From Octopus bimaculoides (taxonomy: Eukaryota): DNA of 64,000 nucleotides. The stretch is from positions 70,091,085-70,155,084 of the forward strand of contig NC_068988.1 of NCBI RefSeq assembly GCF_001194135.2. Direction: 5' to 3'. Below the pieces are notes generated by a model that saw only the letters and a list, made by a program, of their open reading frames with translations, was not told where the DNA came from and made no database searches. This document shows, piece by piece, positions 37,560-50,800 of the stretch. The stretch's first letter is position 1. Every line of letters starts with the position of its first letter. A program made the position numbers and the translations under genes.

Positions 37560-38820
37560 TTCATCTGACTGTAACACTGGAGATATCTGAAATAGAATAT
37601 CTAAGATAGAGGCACGATGGGATAGTAGATGACCAAAGAGAAAACTAGTCAAGGTAAAAGCCACTTTGAAGTCACTCGGTCTGCTAGAAGAAAACACTCA
37701 AAGCTGTAGTGGCGATTTCCAAGATCGCAAAGTGAAGAGTTAAAATGATGTACAGAGCTTCAGAGGATAAACGTGTCCGACATATAAGAGGCACTACAAG
37801 ATCAGGACGCAAGCAGCACGGTCAGCGCTGCAGATGGATAATGGAAATAACACAACTCATTTCCAACATTAGAGGAAATCAGATACCAAGCAAAAATAGG
37901 CTATGATCCAAGTAAAAGCACAACACACGAGGGAAAGAAAAAAGTTCTACTGATTCTTCACTAAATGGGAAATCCCAAAGAAAAGTTAAAGTGGATAGAC
38001 CGACCTGTGGAAACTAGTATCTTTCCGTATCTTCTTCCTGCTGCGAGCGATGTATAACAAGCTCCTCTTACTAATAAACCTCCACAGATGGGGCATCAGC
38101 TGTGTAGGCTTTGTAGAAAGAATAGAACTCTGCTTCGCATCTTGTTTTAATCAGATGTTGTCATGATAACAAATGTCATGACAAAGTGAGCATGACACTC
38201 GCTCACACCCTAGAGCAAGGGAAACACAAGGAGCATCAACAATTGGGGAAAACACAATCAATCAAATTTGTGAGGGAAGAGGCAAAGGTATTGACTACAG
38301 GAAGCAAAGAAAGTGGTTTACTGCAAAAGGTCTAGTCATGGCATATGAAAGTAAATTGGAGAAAATCTGAATTTTCTCCAGGCCGGTCAAATAACCCTGA
38401 AGCCGGATGTAGATAAATCCTGCTTAAGCTTACAGTCTAGTGAGTGGTATGGTGGGATCAAATCTTTGAATGGAAGAGTGCCTAGTAGCAGAATTATTTG
38501 CAAGATTGCAGGGAGCAGGGATTGCAGCCATCGCTATTGCCAGTCGAGGTTGGTTGAAAAGTATTCATATCCAGTCAGTATGGAGAATGCTTACAGCCAT
38601 TGGAAAAAGAAGAGAAAGGTATCTGCGCTTAGGATGAAAGAAGCAGCACAAAGAGCCTCTTGTTATGGGCAAAGAGAGAATATTTAATGGGAAGTCGGGA
38701 AGAAAAGATGCATTGGCAAGCACTGCCTACCCACCAACTAGAGGATATTTCGGTTCAGGGTTGAAATTGATAACGATCGTTGGACGTCATCAAAACCTCC
38801 TGGTCAAAGATACATGAATT
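37560..38820 (+). mobile_element. HERO-like RLE LINE 3' half, decayed
   Basis: KWE…RKVKW…DLWKLVSFRIFFLLRAMYNKL, NLHRWG, CRLC, and C-terminal KEAAQRAS. Confidence 0.75.
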
Positions 38821-38897
38821 AAAGGGGAATCATCTTTTAGAGGTAATGAACTTCAAAGATATATGCATGTATATNNNNNNNNNNTATATATACACCC

Positions 38898-38947
<50 letters not shown>

Positions 38948-39053
38948 TGTCGACGTCATAAGCATTTTATAAACATTTGAGAGAATATTAACTAATCCTT
39001 TCCTGCAATATTTCGAATCACACAAGACACCTATAAATAACAAACTGTAAGTA

Positions 39054-39192
39054 TTAGGTTGAAAAACCTTTTTGTAGAGATCGAATCCACACACTTGTAG
39101 GCATAGAATTTTCGTTGGTACGAATAAAGTTCTTAAAAGGATAAAGGAATTCGAAGGATTGTTTTCGTACAAGGGTAGAACAACTGTCATTA
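39054..39192 (-). CDS. Candidate exon (NDSCSTLVRKQSFEFLYPFKNFIRTNENSMPTSVWIRSLQKGFST*)
   Basis: Strong acceptor CACTTTTATCTCTTCTAG. Two frames are open, there is no clear donor and no recognised homology. Confidence 0.2.
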
Positions 39193-40267
39193 CTAGAAGA
39201 GATAAAAGTGAGTCTCACAGGTAGCCTTCGACTATTTCTACCCAAAGTGGTTTTCAACCAAATATTTACATAATATTATTTACTAGCATATTCGTGTCGT
39301 CCAAAATGCTGACACTTTTATTAATGATAGAAAATGTCGCATAAAAACAGACTTAACCTATTTCACAGATGTCTTTGATTTCCAAAAACTGAAATAGAAA
39401 AACATGGAGCTATGCTGCAACTGCTTGCCTTCTGATTAGAGTTTAAAAATTCTCTTGTATTTATAGATATAACATAGCTCAAATTAGTATCGGTTTTGGA
39501 TACGAATTGATTAGCCGAAGATGATCAAGTTATTAGGTTTAGAAATATTTGTAAATTTCCCACTACACCCGTCTTTTAATGTCATGTGACAATATGGTTG
39601 GCGCCATAAGTTTAAGCTGTCACAGTCGAGTAGATGTGTCCAAACAATCAAGGCTGCCTCGATTTTATCTGTAGATTTTATAAGTGTGGTAGAAGATTAG
39701 CACGGGATTAGCTTTAGAAATTTTTGTAGGCACTCCGCTATGTCTGTGCGCAAATATCATGTGACTATATTTTTTGTGCTGAAAGTTAAGGCTGACATGG
39801 ATGAGTGAACATGTCTAGTGGCAGACCCAAACAAGGCATTCTAAATTTAATCTGACAAGTAGTAGAATGGCAGGAGTTGTTTCTATGTAGCCCAGTGGTT
39901 GAATTGTTCTTGTTTGTATCTATTTATGCAGTCATCAAATTTCGTTCCCTAAATTTGTGCGTTAGTGTCATACTGGGGAAACTCATAATATGTGTCCAAG
40001 TTAGCTGTATAAATTCAACATGCCAAGCAGCAGAGTCGGTTTGTGTGTGAGTAATTGTTCGTGAATGTAGTTTGTTAAAATTTATTTAGTCTTCATTTGC
40101 ACTTGTCAATAAATATATCTTCTTTGTTTATCCGTGCTTGGTCTGTGGTATTGACTAACCAAAAGTAAAGTGGAGAGACTTGGAATTTGGGGGACATCTT
40201 TTGCACAGATGTCTATGTGTCCACTCAGTGGGATCTGTCTAATACTGAAATCTCGTATTTGTTGTCT

Positions 40268-40670
40268 GTGAATGCACTATTACACTCAGGTTGCAAAGTA
40301 GTGCTCGAAAACTGGTTAACAGGGTTGGCACAAGTTCATTATTTGATGGCTTTCTATTTCCCAGGAAATCAGATACAAGTGCAGTAAAAACATTCTATGC
40401 TTATTTCCAACGCGAAATATGGTTTCCAAAAATTGCTCATCCTACAATAGGTGAATGCACTATTACACTCAGGTTGCAAAGTAGTGCCCGAAAACTGGTT
40501 AACAGGGTTTGCACAAGTTCATTATTTGATGGCTTTCTATTTCCCAGGAAATCAAATACAAGTGCAGTATAAACATTCTATGCTTATTTCCAACGCGAAA
40601 TATGGTTTCCAAAAATTGCTCATCCTACAATAGGTACCTAGTCTGTAGCCTGTCAAAAAAATACATACAG
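40268..40670 (-). mobile_element. DNA transposase remnant (Chapaev3/CMC-like) with a 183-bp tandem duplication
   Basis: Minus strand: FDRLQTRYLL*DEQFLET…A*NVFTALVSDFLGNRKPSNNELV…LCNLSVIVH, matching FDGPQIR…AW..F…FLGN.K…CNMS.KVH as I recall it. Units 40268-40450 and 40451-40633 differ at 4 positions. Confidence 0.7.
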
Positions 40671-40888
40671 AAACACATATATACATATACACAATATAAC
40701 AAATATGTACATACAAATAAAAGTACGAACAGTAATACATACACACATGAACCTATAGATATATAAATACATATAGGCATATATTTATACACACAGACAT
40801 ATATATATACATCAAATTCGAGAATTTGATGGACATATAGCGGTACGTAAGCCGACTTACAAAATCTCTAGTGAGACGTTTCATTGAT

Positions 40889-40930
40889 GTACCTGAAGAG
40901 ACCCTGAACGGGTCGAACCATGTGTCGTAC
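40889..40930 (+). ncRNA. Minimal type I hammerhead ribozyme motif (A15.1 changed to C, likely inactive), Penelope-like element remnant
   Basis: GTAC-CTGAAGA-GACCC/TGAAC/GGGTC-GAA[C]C-ATGT-GTC|GTAC: core, 5-bp stem II, short stem III, GUC cleavage triplet and 4-bp stem I. AATAAA at 40933-40938. Confidence 0.7.
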
Positions 40931-41265
40931 CCAATAAAATCTTTTACTCATTCTATCTATTTTATTAATACTGTTATATATATATATATATCTCTTTAAA
41001 ATATCATCTTTAGCATCCTTGTTCCTTTTCTTTTCCTTTATAAACTAAATCATCATACGCCTGGTATTCCATATATATAATAAATTAAAATCGATAATCA
41101 AATCATTGAATCCCAATTCAGCAGTAAATTATTATTAGTCTAATCGTCACTGCTGTTTATAATTTATCACGCATTTAATTATACATTTTAATGATGTTAC
41201 TCTTCTCACTGGAGTATGGGTGCTAACTAGGAAACTATCAAGTCAGACAGAAGGCATATATTCAC

Positions 41266-41279
41266 AGAGAGAGAGAGAT

Positions 41280-41360
<81 letters not shown>
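41266..41360. repeat. (GA)n microsatellite
   Basis: Direct reading. Confidence 0.95.
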
Positions 41361-41366
<6 letters not shown>

Positions 41367-43641
41367 TATCCACGATTTTTTAATATCTCTCTTAAACCTC
41401 GGCAAACTGATCACAAACTGTATTTCTGATAAACGGTTGTTGTTTAGTCCAAAGTAAATTATTTCCTGGCCCTCACGTTTTCCTCTAAATTGTGAATATT
41501 TAAAATTGCTTGTTTAAATTATATATATTTCTAAAGTTCTTGAAGGCTAATAACATCTCTTGTTGTGAATCGGATTGCCTGCGCGAAAGTTCTTGGTATA
41601 TAATAACAATGTATGATTAGCTATTGTTATTTGGTTTATTGGCTGTAATAACGATGTCGACTTTAGCGATAAAGATAATACAGCTTATTCATTATTATAA
41701 TCACTAAGCAAGTTAGGATAACTAGAATAATTATCAAGCATGAAAACGATTGTGAAAGCTGAACTGATATACTTCCAATAACTTTAGACTTCAAGACAAA
41801 AACGCAACATACAAATCTTCTATCAGGATTAGGTAGCCCGCAACTTTTTGTTGATCGCCCAATAAATGGAAGACATTACTTCCTGTCTCCTTTAAAATCT
41901 CTTGAATTCAACAAGCATCAATTTGAAGTTCATATCGCATTGCCTCCTAGTAAAAAGATTTAGCGATTTTTGATGCATTGCAGCCTGATTGCGATGCTCC
42001 ACATGCTGCCCAAAAAATCTCCTGGTGGCATTTTCTTCTAGAAACCTATTTTGCCTGCGTTGAAGATTTGACGATCCACGTAATTTTAAAAAAAAATTCT
42101 TTTCTTTAACTTAGCAGGGTATTTAACTATAGCATTTTAATTTTTACTCGTAGCTTCTGTAATTTTTGCGTCTGTTCAGAAAATATTTTTTCGAGTATTG
42201 AAAATCTCTAACGTAATTTTGCTGGCCCCTCTTGATATTTATTTTCTTGAGAGAAAATATATGACCGTTAACTTTAAGATTATTTGCCACAATCATTATT
42301 TGCTTCTGGTTACAACATTTCAGCAAAAGTATTAATAGATCCTCCATCTCCACTATTATCACATTTCAATTACGTTTGATACGCATTTTTATCTTGGCCC
42401 CGATAAACACTTGCTTTGTCCAAACTTCTATCTTTGACTATCGAAATCGGGATTAACCGGAATTAATGTTTTGACTAATTTCCCTGTTTATTATCTACGG
42501 CGGCATCACGTTTTTTCGTAGCCACTGTTGTTCTTGTTATTATGTTATCATTTTAATGTTTTAAAGAACCTAACATAGTTGCAGATAAGCGTGTAACACA
42601 TCCATTTGCACTGGTGAATGATGAGAAATTAAAGTGCCGTAGTCTTGAATAACATCACGTAAACAAGTTAGAAATCTTAATTTGAGTAGCTATAATACTT
42701 TGAATTCAAAAGAAAAAGATATATCTACGAGTCTAAAAATAGATTATAGAGTTGAGTATTTACCATTCTGTGAACCAAATTTTACAATACAAATTTCACC
42801 TCTAAATCTGCATTAAAGTGCAATGGCTTCAAATATTGTATGTAATAGATGCAAAGCAGCACTAATTTTCTGAGGCGTTAAAATCGGACAAGATAATTGT
42901 ACCGCTCATTCCTTCATGTAGTATAGACGTTACTGTGATTTTCCGAAAACGAATATGAAACATATACAGATATAATATCGTTAACAAAAATAGCGCTAAG
43001 ATGAGCTACAGTTCCACCAACATTTTTTCAGTTTCCCTTGCAAGTGTAAATAAAGATAATCCTTGCAATACAAACATACAAGACACTTCCCATTTATTTA
43101 ACTGGATCATTCCTGATATCTGCTCTTTCAAAATCCTTTTCTAAGGAATTAGCTTTTGGAGCTAAGGACTCCTTCTTATGTAACAGTGAAACACAAAGAC
43201 ATCTAAAACTCAGTAATAATCTCTTTCAAAAATGGTTCTTACAAATTATTGTACATTAAGAGAAAAAGAGTTATATAAATACATTCATACACACATTACA
43301 CATATGTATGTGTGTGTATGTGTCTGTATGTGAGTGTAAGTCTGTGTGTGTATCTATCTCTAAATGCATAATAATTTACGAGAATCTTTTATGAAAGAGA
43401 TTATCAATAAGCCTTAGATGACTTGCTGTTTCGCAGTTATACGACAAAACTGTTAGCTCGATAAAGTTAGCTTAAAAAAAACAATTTGAGTAAAAGGAGA
43501 AAACAGATATTAGAAATATCCCGTTTGAATAAATGAGAAAAGTTTTGCATGTTCGTACTACAAAGATTATTTTTATTTACACTCGCTATAGTGAAAATTT
43601 CGGTGAAATAGTAGCTCAACGTAACGGCATTTTCTTAGATA

Positions 43642-43776
<135 letters not shown>

Positions 43777-43929
43777 ATGGTGTACACGAATGTTTTACAT
43801 TCAGAATTGATGTCCTTGATACCGGGTCACAACCAGTTTTCTAAGATTTTGAGGCACAATTCTTATATTCCTTGTTCTTGTCAATAGGTCAAATTTCTGA
43901 ATTTATGTCACACTCGTAGTTACACCAAT

Positions 43930-45420
43930 CTCAATAAGGGGATTGGTGAGTCTGTTGGTAACGGTGCCTGCAGCACTTGCAACAACTGGGATTACGTCCG
44001 TAGAAACCCTCCACGGTTGTATTTCCATAGCCAGATCCTGGTATTCTATTTTCTCTTCTTCTATGGAGGCTACGTTCATACTCGCAGGGAGAGCTACATC
44101 TACGATGATCCACTCTTCCTCACCTCCTTTTCAGAACCAAAATATTTGATTGTCTAGTGTGATTTGGTTCATATCTCACTCATGTGAGACATGGACCAAA
44201 GGTGCGGTATCAGTATACATGCACAGTACACAGCAATTTTTGTTTGTTTTGTGATGCTATGCTGGGACGAGACACGAGACTGAGGAGATCAGTAGGAGTC
44301 AGTTGCTCTCTGCAGCCTGAAAAATATTTCATTATCCAGGGAGCAAGAACGGCTCAGTGTGCTGCCCAGGTAGACCAACTTGTCTACCACATTGAGAATT
44401 GTTCTTTCAACCAGGATAGCTAGTTCCGCATGTGGATTTCCTGGCGCAGGCTGGAACATTACAACAGTTTTACCTAGGCTAATGCTGAGTCCAAATGCCT
44501 TGCAAGAAGCAGAAATACGATTCGTAAGTATTTGCATGTCATCCACTATATGAGTGACTAAGTCACAGTCATCTGCATAAAGGAGGCAACGAATGAGAGA
44601 ATGAAAAACCTTCGAATTGGCAGCAAACCAGCGCAGATTAAATAGGCAACCAGAAGATCGAAACCTGACATATATTCCAAGAGAGCTAACCTTAGCAAAA
44701 GCATGAGTAAAAGCAACAGCAAAATACAAAAAAATAAAGAGAGTTGGGGCAAGAATGTCACCCTGCTTGACACCATTCTCTACAGGAATGGGTCCCGCCA
44801 TGCCACCACCAACATTGACCCAAACTTCCATCCCATCATGAAATAATTCAATTATAGATACAGAGTGATCCGGACATTCAAGTTTGCCAAGTATTTTCCA
44901 TAGCAAATTTATCTATTGAGGGCGTGGAATTTCAGGAACCAATGGTAGGTTTTTGTTGCATAGTATCAATCACTGTTTCATCCACAACTGACTGATGGTT
45001 CAGGAGTTCAGAGAAGTGATCAATCCAACGACCTGTGATTTCTGTTAATTTAGTAAATAGAGTAGAAGATTCTTTAGAAAGCAAAGGAGTTGATGCAGAG
45101 CGCTAAGGTTCATAAACCTGCTTCATAAAATGGTAAAGTTTCTGGCTGTCATTTGCATCAGCAGCAACGAGCATGATCTTCCCACCAACGAGCATGATCT
45201 TCCCACCAAATGTTCTGCATCTTCTTGAGACGTCGCTGCAGTAGTGATTTTACATTGCTACAGTAGGCAAGTGCTAGATTTTGCTGCACAGCTGAAAGAT
45301 TTTGCTGCACAGCTGAAAGTCCTCTGTGCAGCAATACATTGTGGGTATGAGGCTCTACAACCAATTTAGTATCATTTTCATTAAACAAGTCTCTGTGTCT
45401 GGCCGTAGCATATCACATTG
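43930..45420 (-). mobile_element. RTE-clade (BovB-like) LINE ORF2 fragment
   Basis: LWKILGKL.CP…NGVKQGDILAPTLF…LFNLR…LLYADDCDL…FGLSISLGKTVVM…VYLGSTLS…DNEI. Confidence 0.92.
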
Positions 45421-45663
45421 TTTCAGCAGCACATTGAAGGACCTGGTCGCGAAAATCTTCCCATATTGGTACGCAGGTTCTCGTGATTGATGAAGATGAG
45501 CCAAATAGCTCGAAACTGAGTCAGTCTTCGCTCCCCCTACTAATAATGTATTGTATATAAAGGGGGCAGAGTGTTGCACCGATAACCAACTGACGCAGAA
45601 TCTGCATGGGGTTAATCTAATAGTAACATTCAACAGCCACTTTGATGTGGCAAATGGCTTTAC

Positions 45664-45664
<1 letters not shown>

Positions 45665-45718
<54 letters not shown>

Positions 45719-45870
45719 GCACACAAGTTTGTTTTATTTTGTCTATATATGTGTGTGTGTGAGTGCATTTGTGCGTGTATGTGTATATTTGGGTTTGTGT
45801 GTGTGTGTGTGTGTGAGTGTGCGTGTGCGCGCGCATGTGTATACACGAATTTGTGTGCGTATATATTTTA
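45665..45870. repeat. (TA)n / (TG)n microsatellites
   Basis: Direct reading. Confidence 0.9.
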
Positions 45871-47055
45871 GGTGCAAATATTTCTTTCATTAGATCTCGA
45901 CAGAGTATCCTTATGACTTCGTAATCTTCCCTCGCTATCATTCTCTGGAACAACGGCCTTGGTGCTACCTTTGAATACATGTGCTCTTTTGGACTACAGT
46001 GTAACATGTTTATATACGCATGAAGCATAAAGATGCACACAGACACACACAATGTTTTAATAGAAATCTAATAGCACTAGCACTGCGTGACCAACTGTTC
46101 TATTGACAAGCCATTTCATCATATCTAGCGCTTTTTATTTCCATTAGTTTCTGTATAAGTTGCCGTATCAAATTGTGAAAGTAATCCAGAAGTGTTCCTA
46201 AAAATAATTCAAATTACATTAAAAATCCAAACCCTGACCACTGTGAAAGGTATGCCACCAACATTACGACTATATATCTTTTGGTCTATTGCGATTTTTC
46301 AAGCCAGCTTAAAAATTTTTTTCTCTGAAAAATTCCTACATCACATTCCGAAATCCCAGTCCACAAGAATAATGTCGACGGAACTTTAGCTAGAAAGAAA
46401 AGCTGTGAAGAAAGAATAAGGGAGGAATATTGAAAGTCACAGACAAACATCCCACCGATCGTGATTTAACGGCGAAAAATAACAGGACAAATTATATGAG
46501 GTAGTAATCGATAGAAAACGCCTAAACACAACGAAAAGAAAAAACCGAGGTAGTAACAATATTAAGGTATTTTATCCTAGATCATTAATTTAATACGACC
46601 CAGAGGTTAAACAACAATACTAAAGATGGCAATATATATGATTAATTATAATTAGACACAATGATATTCAGTAATAACATTTCACACCATATAGTCAAAA
46701 ACATTATGAATCTTCATTAACTCAAAATATTATAAAATTTAAATATTAACCTTTCTAAAATGACAGACGACGTCTTATATTGTTGATGACATTTAGTCGA
46801 TCTAGAATATACAGGTGTGGTGATGCACGCGATGATGCAAGGAAGCGAGAAATGGGAACAACATGGAAACCTAATGCGACGAGAAATGCCTGCAGCTAAG
46901 AAGAACAATCCTTCCAAAGAACATTAAAATAATAAAAAGACATTATAAATATACCTTATTAAGCTCTCTATCTCTCTCTCTATATATATATATATATACA
47001 TATAGCTGTGTAGATAGATGTAGAGAGGGACGAATACACAGACAGGGAGGAACAG

Positions 47056-47091
<36 letters not shown>

Positions 47092-47329
47092 CCCCTATTT
47101 TGCAGANNNNNNNNNNTATATATATATATATATAAACTACCCCTATTTTGCAGAGAAAAGTGTAGGTGGCTAGCTGTGGACTCGAACGAACATCCGCGTG
47201 ATTACATGTCACGATGCTTTGACCGATTAAGCTAAACTACCCACTACAAATTCCTTTGCAAATTTAAGATATATAAATCTCGCTTTATCAGACGCTCTCA
47301 TATGTTAAATTCAAATTATATATGTGTGT

Positions 47330-47548
47330 GTGTGTGTATGTTTGTGTATCTGTTTGTCTCCCAGCATCGCTTGACAACCGATGCTGGTGTGTTTACGTCC
47401 CCGTACATTAGAGGTTCGGCAAAGAGACCGATAGAATAAATGCTAGGCTTACAAAGAATAAGCTCTGGGGTCGACTTGCTCGACTATAAAGGCTGTGCTC
47501 CAGCATGGCCGCAGTCAAATGATTGAAACAAGTAAAAGAGTAAAAGTG
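47330..47548 (+). mobile_element. SINE family A, 3' half
   Basis: CATCGCTTGACAACCGATGCTGG…CATGGCCGCAGTCAAATGATTGAAACAAGTAAAAGAGTAAAAG. Confidence 0.9.
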
Positions 47549-47605
47549 TAATGTTTTATGAATCTTGATTTTGCCTGCATTGCATGCGTATACTTCCTCA
47601 GGTTG

Positions 47606-47650
47606 TTAGGGTTAGGGTTAGGGTTAGGGTTAGGGTTAGGGTTAGGGTTA
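47606..47650 (+). repeat. Interstitial telomeric repeat (TTAGGG)7
   Basis: Seven perfect units plus TTA. Confidence 0.95.
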
Positions 47651-47776
47651 TTAAATAATCTTTAATGATATACTATAAATATGCAAATATCCTCACAAAT
47701 GAACATGTTGGATGGAGAAGCATATGTCATGATACATTCATAAAGCCTGAACATTTCGATCCACATGTAATATTCA

Positions 47777-47777
<1 letters not shown>

Positions 47778-47843
<66 letters not shown>
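47778..47843. repeat. (ATT)n microsatellite
   Basis: Direct reading. Confidence 0.95.
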
Positions 47844-47846
<3 letters not shown>

Positions 47847-50800
47847 GTCACAGAAAAAGTGTGTTGCTGTTATATTACTGATTTTTAACGTTATACGTCT
47901 GTAAGAGTGTTTTCTTTGGACGAATACCAGCAATTCATTAGCCTTTCAACAACGACAATGCTTTAAATTTGATATACAGTTAGCTATCTTGAACTATTAC
48001 TGTTTCAGTCTCTCATACAGTCAGCTATACATACATATANNNNNNNNNNNNNNNNNNNNNNNNNNNNNNNNNNNNNNNNNNNNNNNNNNNNNNNNNNNNN
48101 NNNNNNNNNNNNNNNNNNNNNNNNNNNNNNNNNNNNNNNNNNNNNNNNNNNNNNNNNNNNNNNNNNNNNNNNNNNNNNNNNNNNNNNNNNNNNNNNNNNN
48201 NNNNNNNNNNNNNNNNNNNNNNNNNNNNNNNNNNNNNNNNNNNNNNNNNNNNNNNNNNNNNNNNNNNNNNNNNNNNNNNNNNNNNNNNNNNNNNNNNNNN
48301 NNNNNNNNNNNNNNNNNNNNNNNNNNNNNNNNNNNNNNNNNNNNNNNNNNNNNNNNNNNNNNNNNNNNNNNNNNNNNNNNNNNNNNNNNNNNNNNNNNNN
48401 NNNNNNNNNNNNNNNNNNNNNNNNNNNNNNNNNNNNNNNNNNNNNNNNNNNNNNNNNNNNNNNNNNNNNNNNNNNNNNNNNNNNNNNNNNNNNNNNNNNN
48501 NNNNNNNNNNNNNNNNNNNNNNNNNNNNNNNNNNNNNNNNNNNNNNNNNNNNNNNAATAAATTTGTATCTTTCATTATGAGTTAGGAAAGAATTATGGAG
48601 GAGTACAATCTCGGAAATAGAAGTATATAGTTTTGTGACTGGCTGAGGAGACACAACTGATTGTGAAATGTTTTGTGAATGATAGAACTAGTTTGTCGCT
48701 TCGAAACTATTCTCTTTTCTGTTGGAAACCATGACAATATAACTCAATCACAGGTTTTACGTGTGTGAGCGACTTTGATTATGTATTTGTGTATGTGTAT
48801 TTGTGCAAATACTGTTGATTTCAGTCTCAGTCACGTAGAGACTTATCTCTGTGACTAACAGAGAAAAAGGGTTGTGCGTGTGTATACTTATATGTGTCTG
48901 TATGTGTGTGTGTCTGTGTGTGTCTGTGCGTGTGTCTGTGTGTGCTCAGATTTGAAGAAAGATGCAGCATAAACGATTCGATTGTCAAATGTGTGGAAGA
49001 AGCAGTTTATTGCAAACCGTTTTGTTGAGGTTAAATAATTTTTTAAAGCTGAATCTGAAATGAAAACTACCTGTTTATTTATTACATAGACCGTAAACGA
49101 ATCAAACTTCTGTGTCATAAATTATTCCAGTGTCCTCCCTAATTTAATACGCTGTCTGTCCTTTGGGTATCTTTAATTGAACTCGGTCCCTTGTAATCGT
49201 TTGTGCCAGGTTTCTTCCTTTCCTTTTACTAGTCAAGAGACACTCTCCGCCCCAAACGGTCGTGGGCTCTGCGTTTCCTTCCCTGGTTAAACATTATTTC
49301 AAATATCACTGCCTTGTGGATGTCTAACCTGAGTTTTCTGATATATATATATATATAACCTGTTTAGGGCAAATGCATCAGAAAGCGCTTTTAACAGCTC
49401 CTTTGTTTTTTGTCGATTACCAACTGATGCGCGTGCATACACGCACACACTCAAATGAGAGTGAAAAAGAGAGAAAGAAGAGTGAAAGGTGAGCATAGAC
49501 ACTCTCCAGACACTGTGAGATGAGAGAGTGCATATTCTTTCCTCAACTTGGAAAGACACTCATTTGCAGTCATTTTTCATTCGAACACGTCCTATCCATC
49601 AGCACTGGAATCTCATCAGCATACTTTGGATACTCGAGATATCCTATTTTTCTCATATTTTTACATTAGAGATCCTATCTTGGCATTTTGTGTTGCATAT
49701 GTTGCGCAAACAGCACATGTAGGAGTTCCTTTATATGTTCGTGGTAAGAAGTACACGCAAACGTTCCATACAGAAGTATATATATANNNNNNNNNNNNNN
49801 NNNNNNNNNNNNNNNNNNNNNNNNNNNNNNNNNNNNNNNNNNNNNNNNNNNNNNNNNNNNNNNNNNNNNNNNNNNNNNNNNNNNTATATATATGTATATA
49901 CAATAGAAAGTGAAAACTTTGTATTTATTCAATGACAATATGCTCAAATGCACGAAGAAACTCATTGTGGTAGAAGTTATATCGGAAGAAATGATTTGCG
50001 GAAGCAATTTTATTGTATTGGTGCATGAAGGTTTGACTATCAGGTGCTAGATCGTGTTTGATTGTAATCTGAATAGCCAGTCTGATAGGTGAGTGTGTAT
50101 GCTGAGTACTCCCTTCCATATGTAAAATACCAGTGCATTGCGATACATCAACTGCAATTTCGCCTCAACAATAATTAACGCCTCAACAATAATTGACGAT
50201 TAAGAAAATCTCTGACTTTGAAAAATTCCAGTTTTCTTATACAGTTTTGCTAATGATATAGACGTGTAGGAGAGTTGGAAGATTTCAGAAAGTTCTTTTG
50301 CCTCAGAAAGTAAAGACTCTAGTCCTTTCTGGAGGTCACAAATGTCTTCTAAATATGTCAGATGTTCGGAGGGATATTTGAGATGGCATAACTTCTCTGT
50401 GGTTGGTAATTAATTTCGTAATATTAACACTTACATTTTAATTCAGGTACTGATTGTTGAGAAATCATTCTGTCTCAAGGCGACATAACCTAGAAGTCTT
50501 TAAGAAAATTGAGAAGACAGGTAGTACCTTGAGAATCAAAACTGACAGATAAACATTGTATAACTTATTGCCTCATTGATATATCCGGAAAGCTTATTGC
50601 TGTATGCTTATGAATTCATTAATATTTACAAGTAATCTCATTACATATTGTTTACTTTAAAACTGTGAACTTAATCGTTATCCTTGCAAGTGAAAGTTTT
50701 AGTTTTGGGTATGAAATCAACTCCAAGAGATAAATTGCAAAACTTTATGAATATGCATAATACTCTCTAATGTCTGAGCATCGATGGAAATTGGTTTGGG

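Noticed and set aside
39500-40200. Possible decayed Gypsy gag on the minus strand
   Set aside because: Only vague resemblance through many stops; no diagnostic motif I can defend.
47060-47155. Direct repeat (TA)n AACTACCCCTATTTTGCAGA twice
   Set aside because: Flanks a 10-N gap; assembly artefact.
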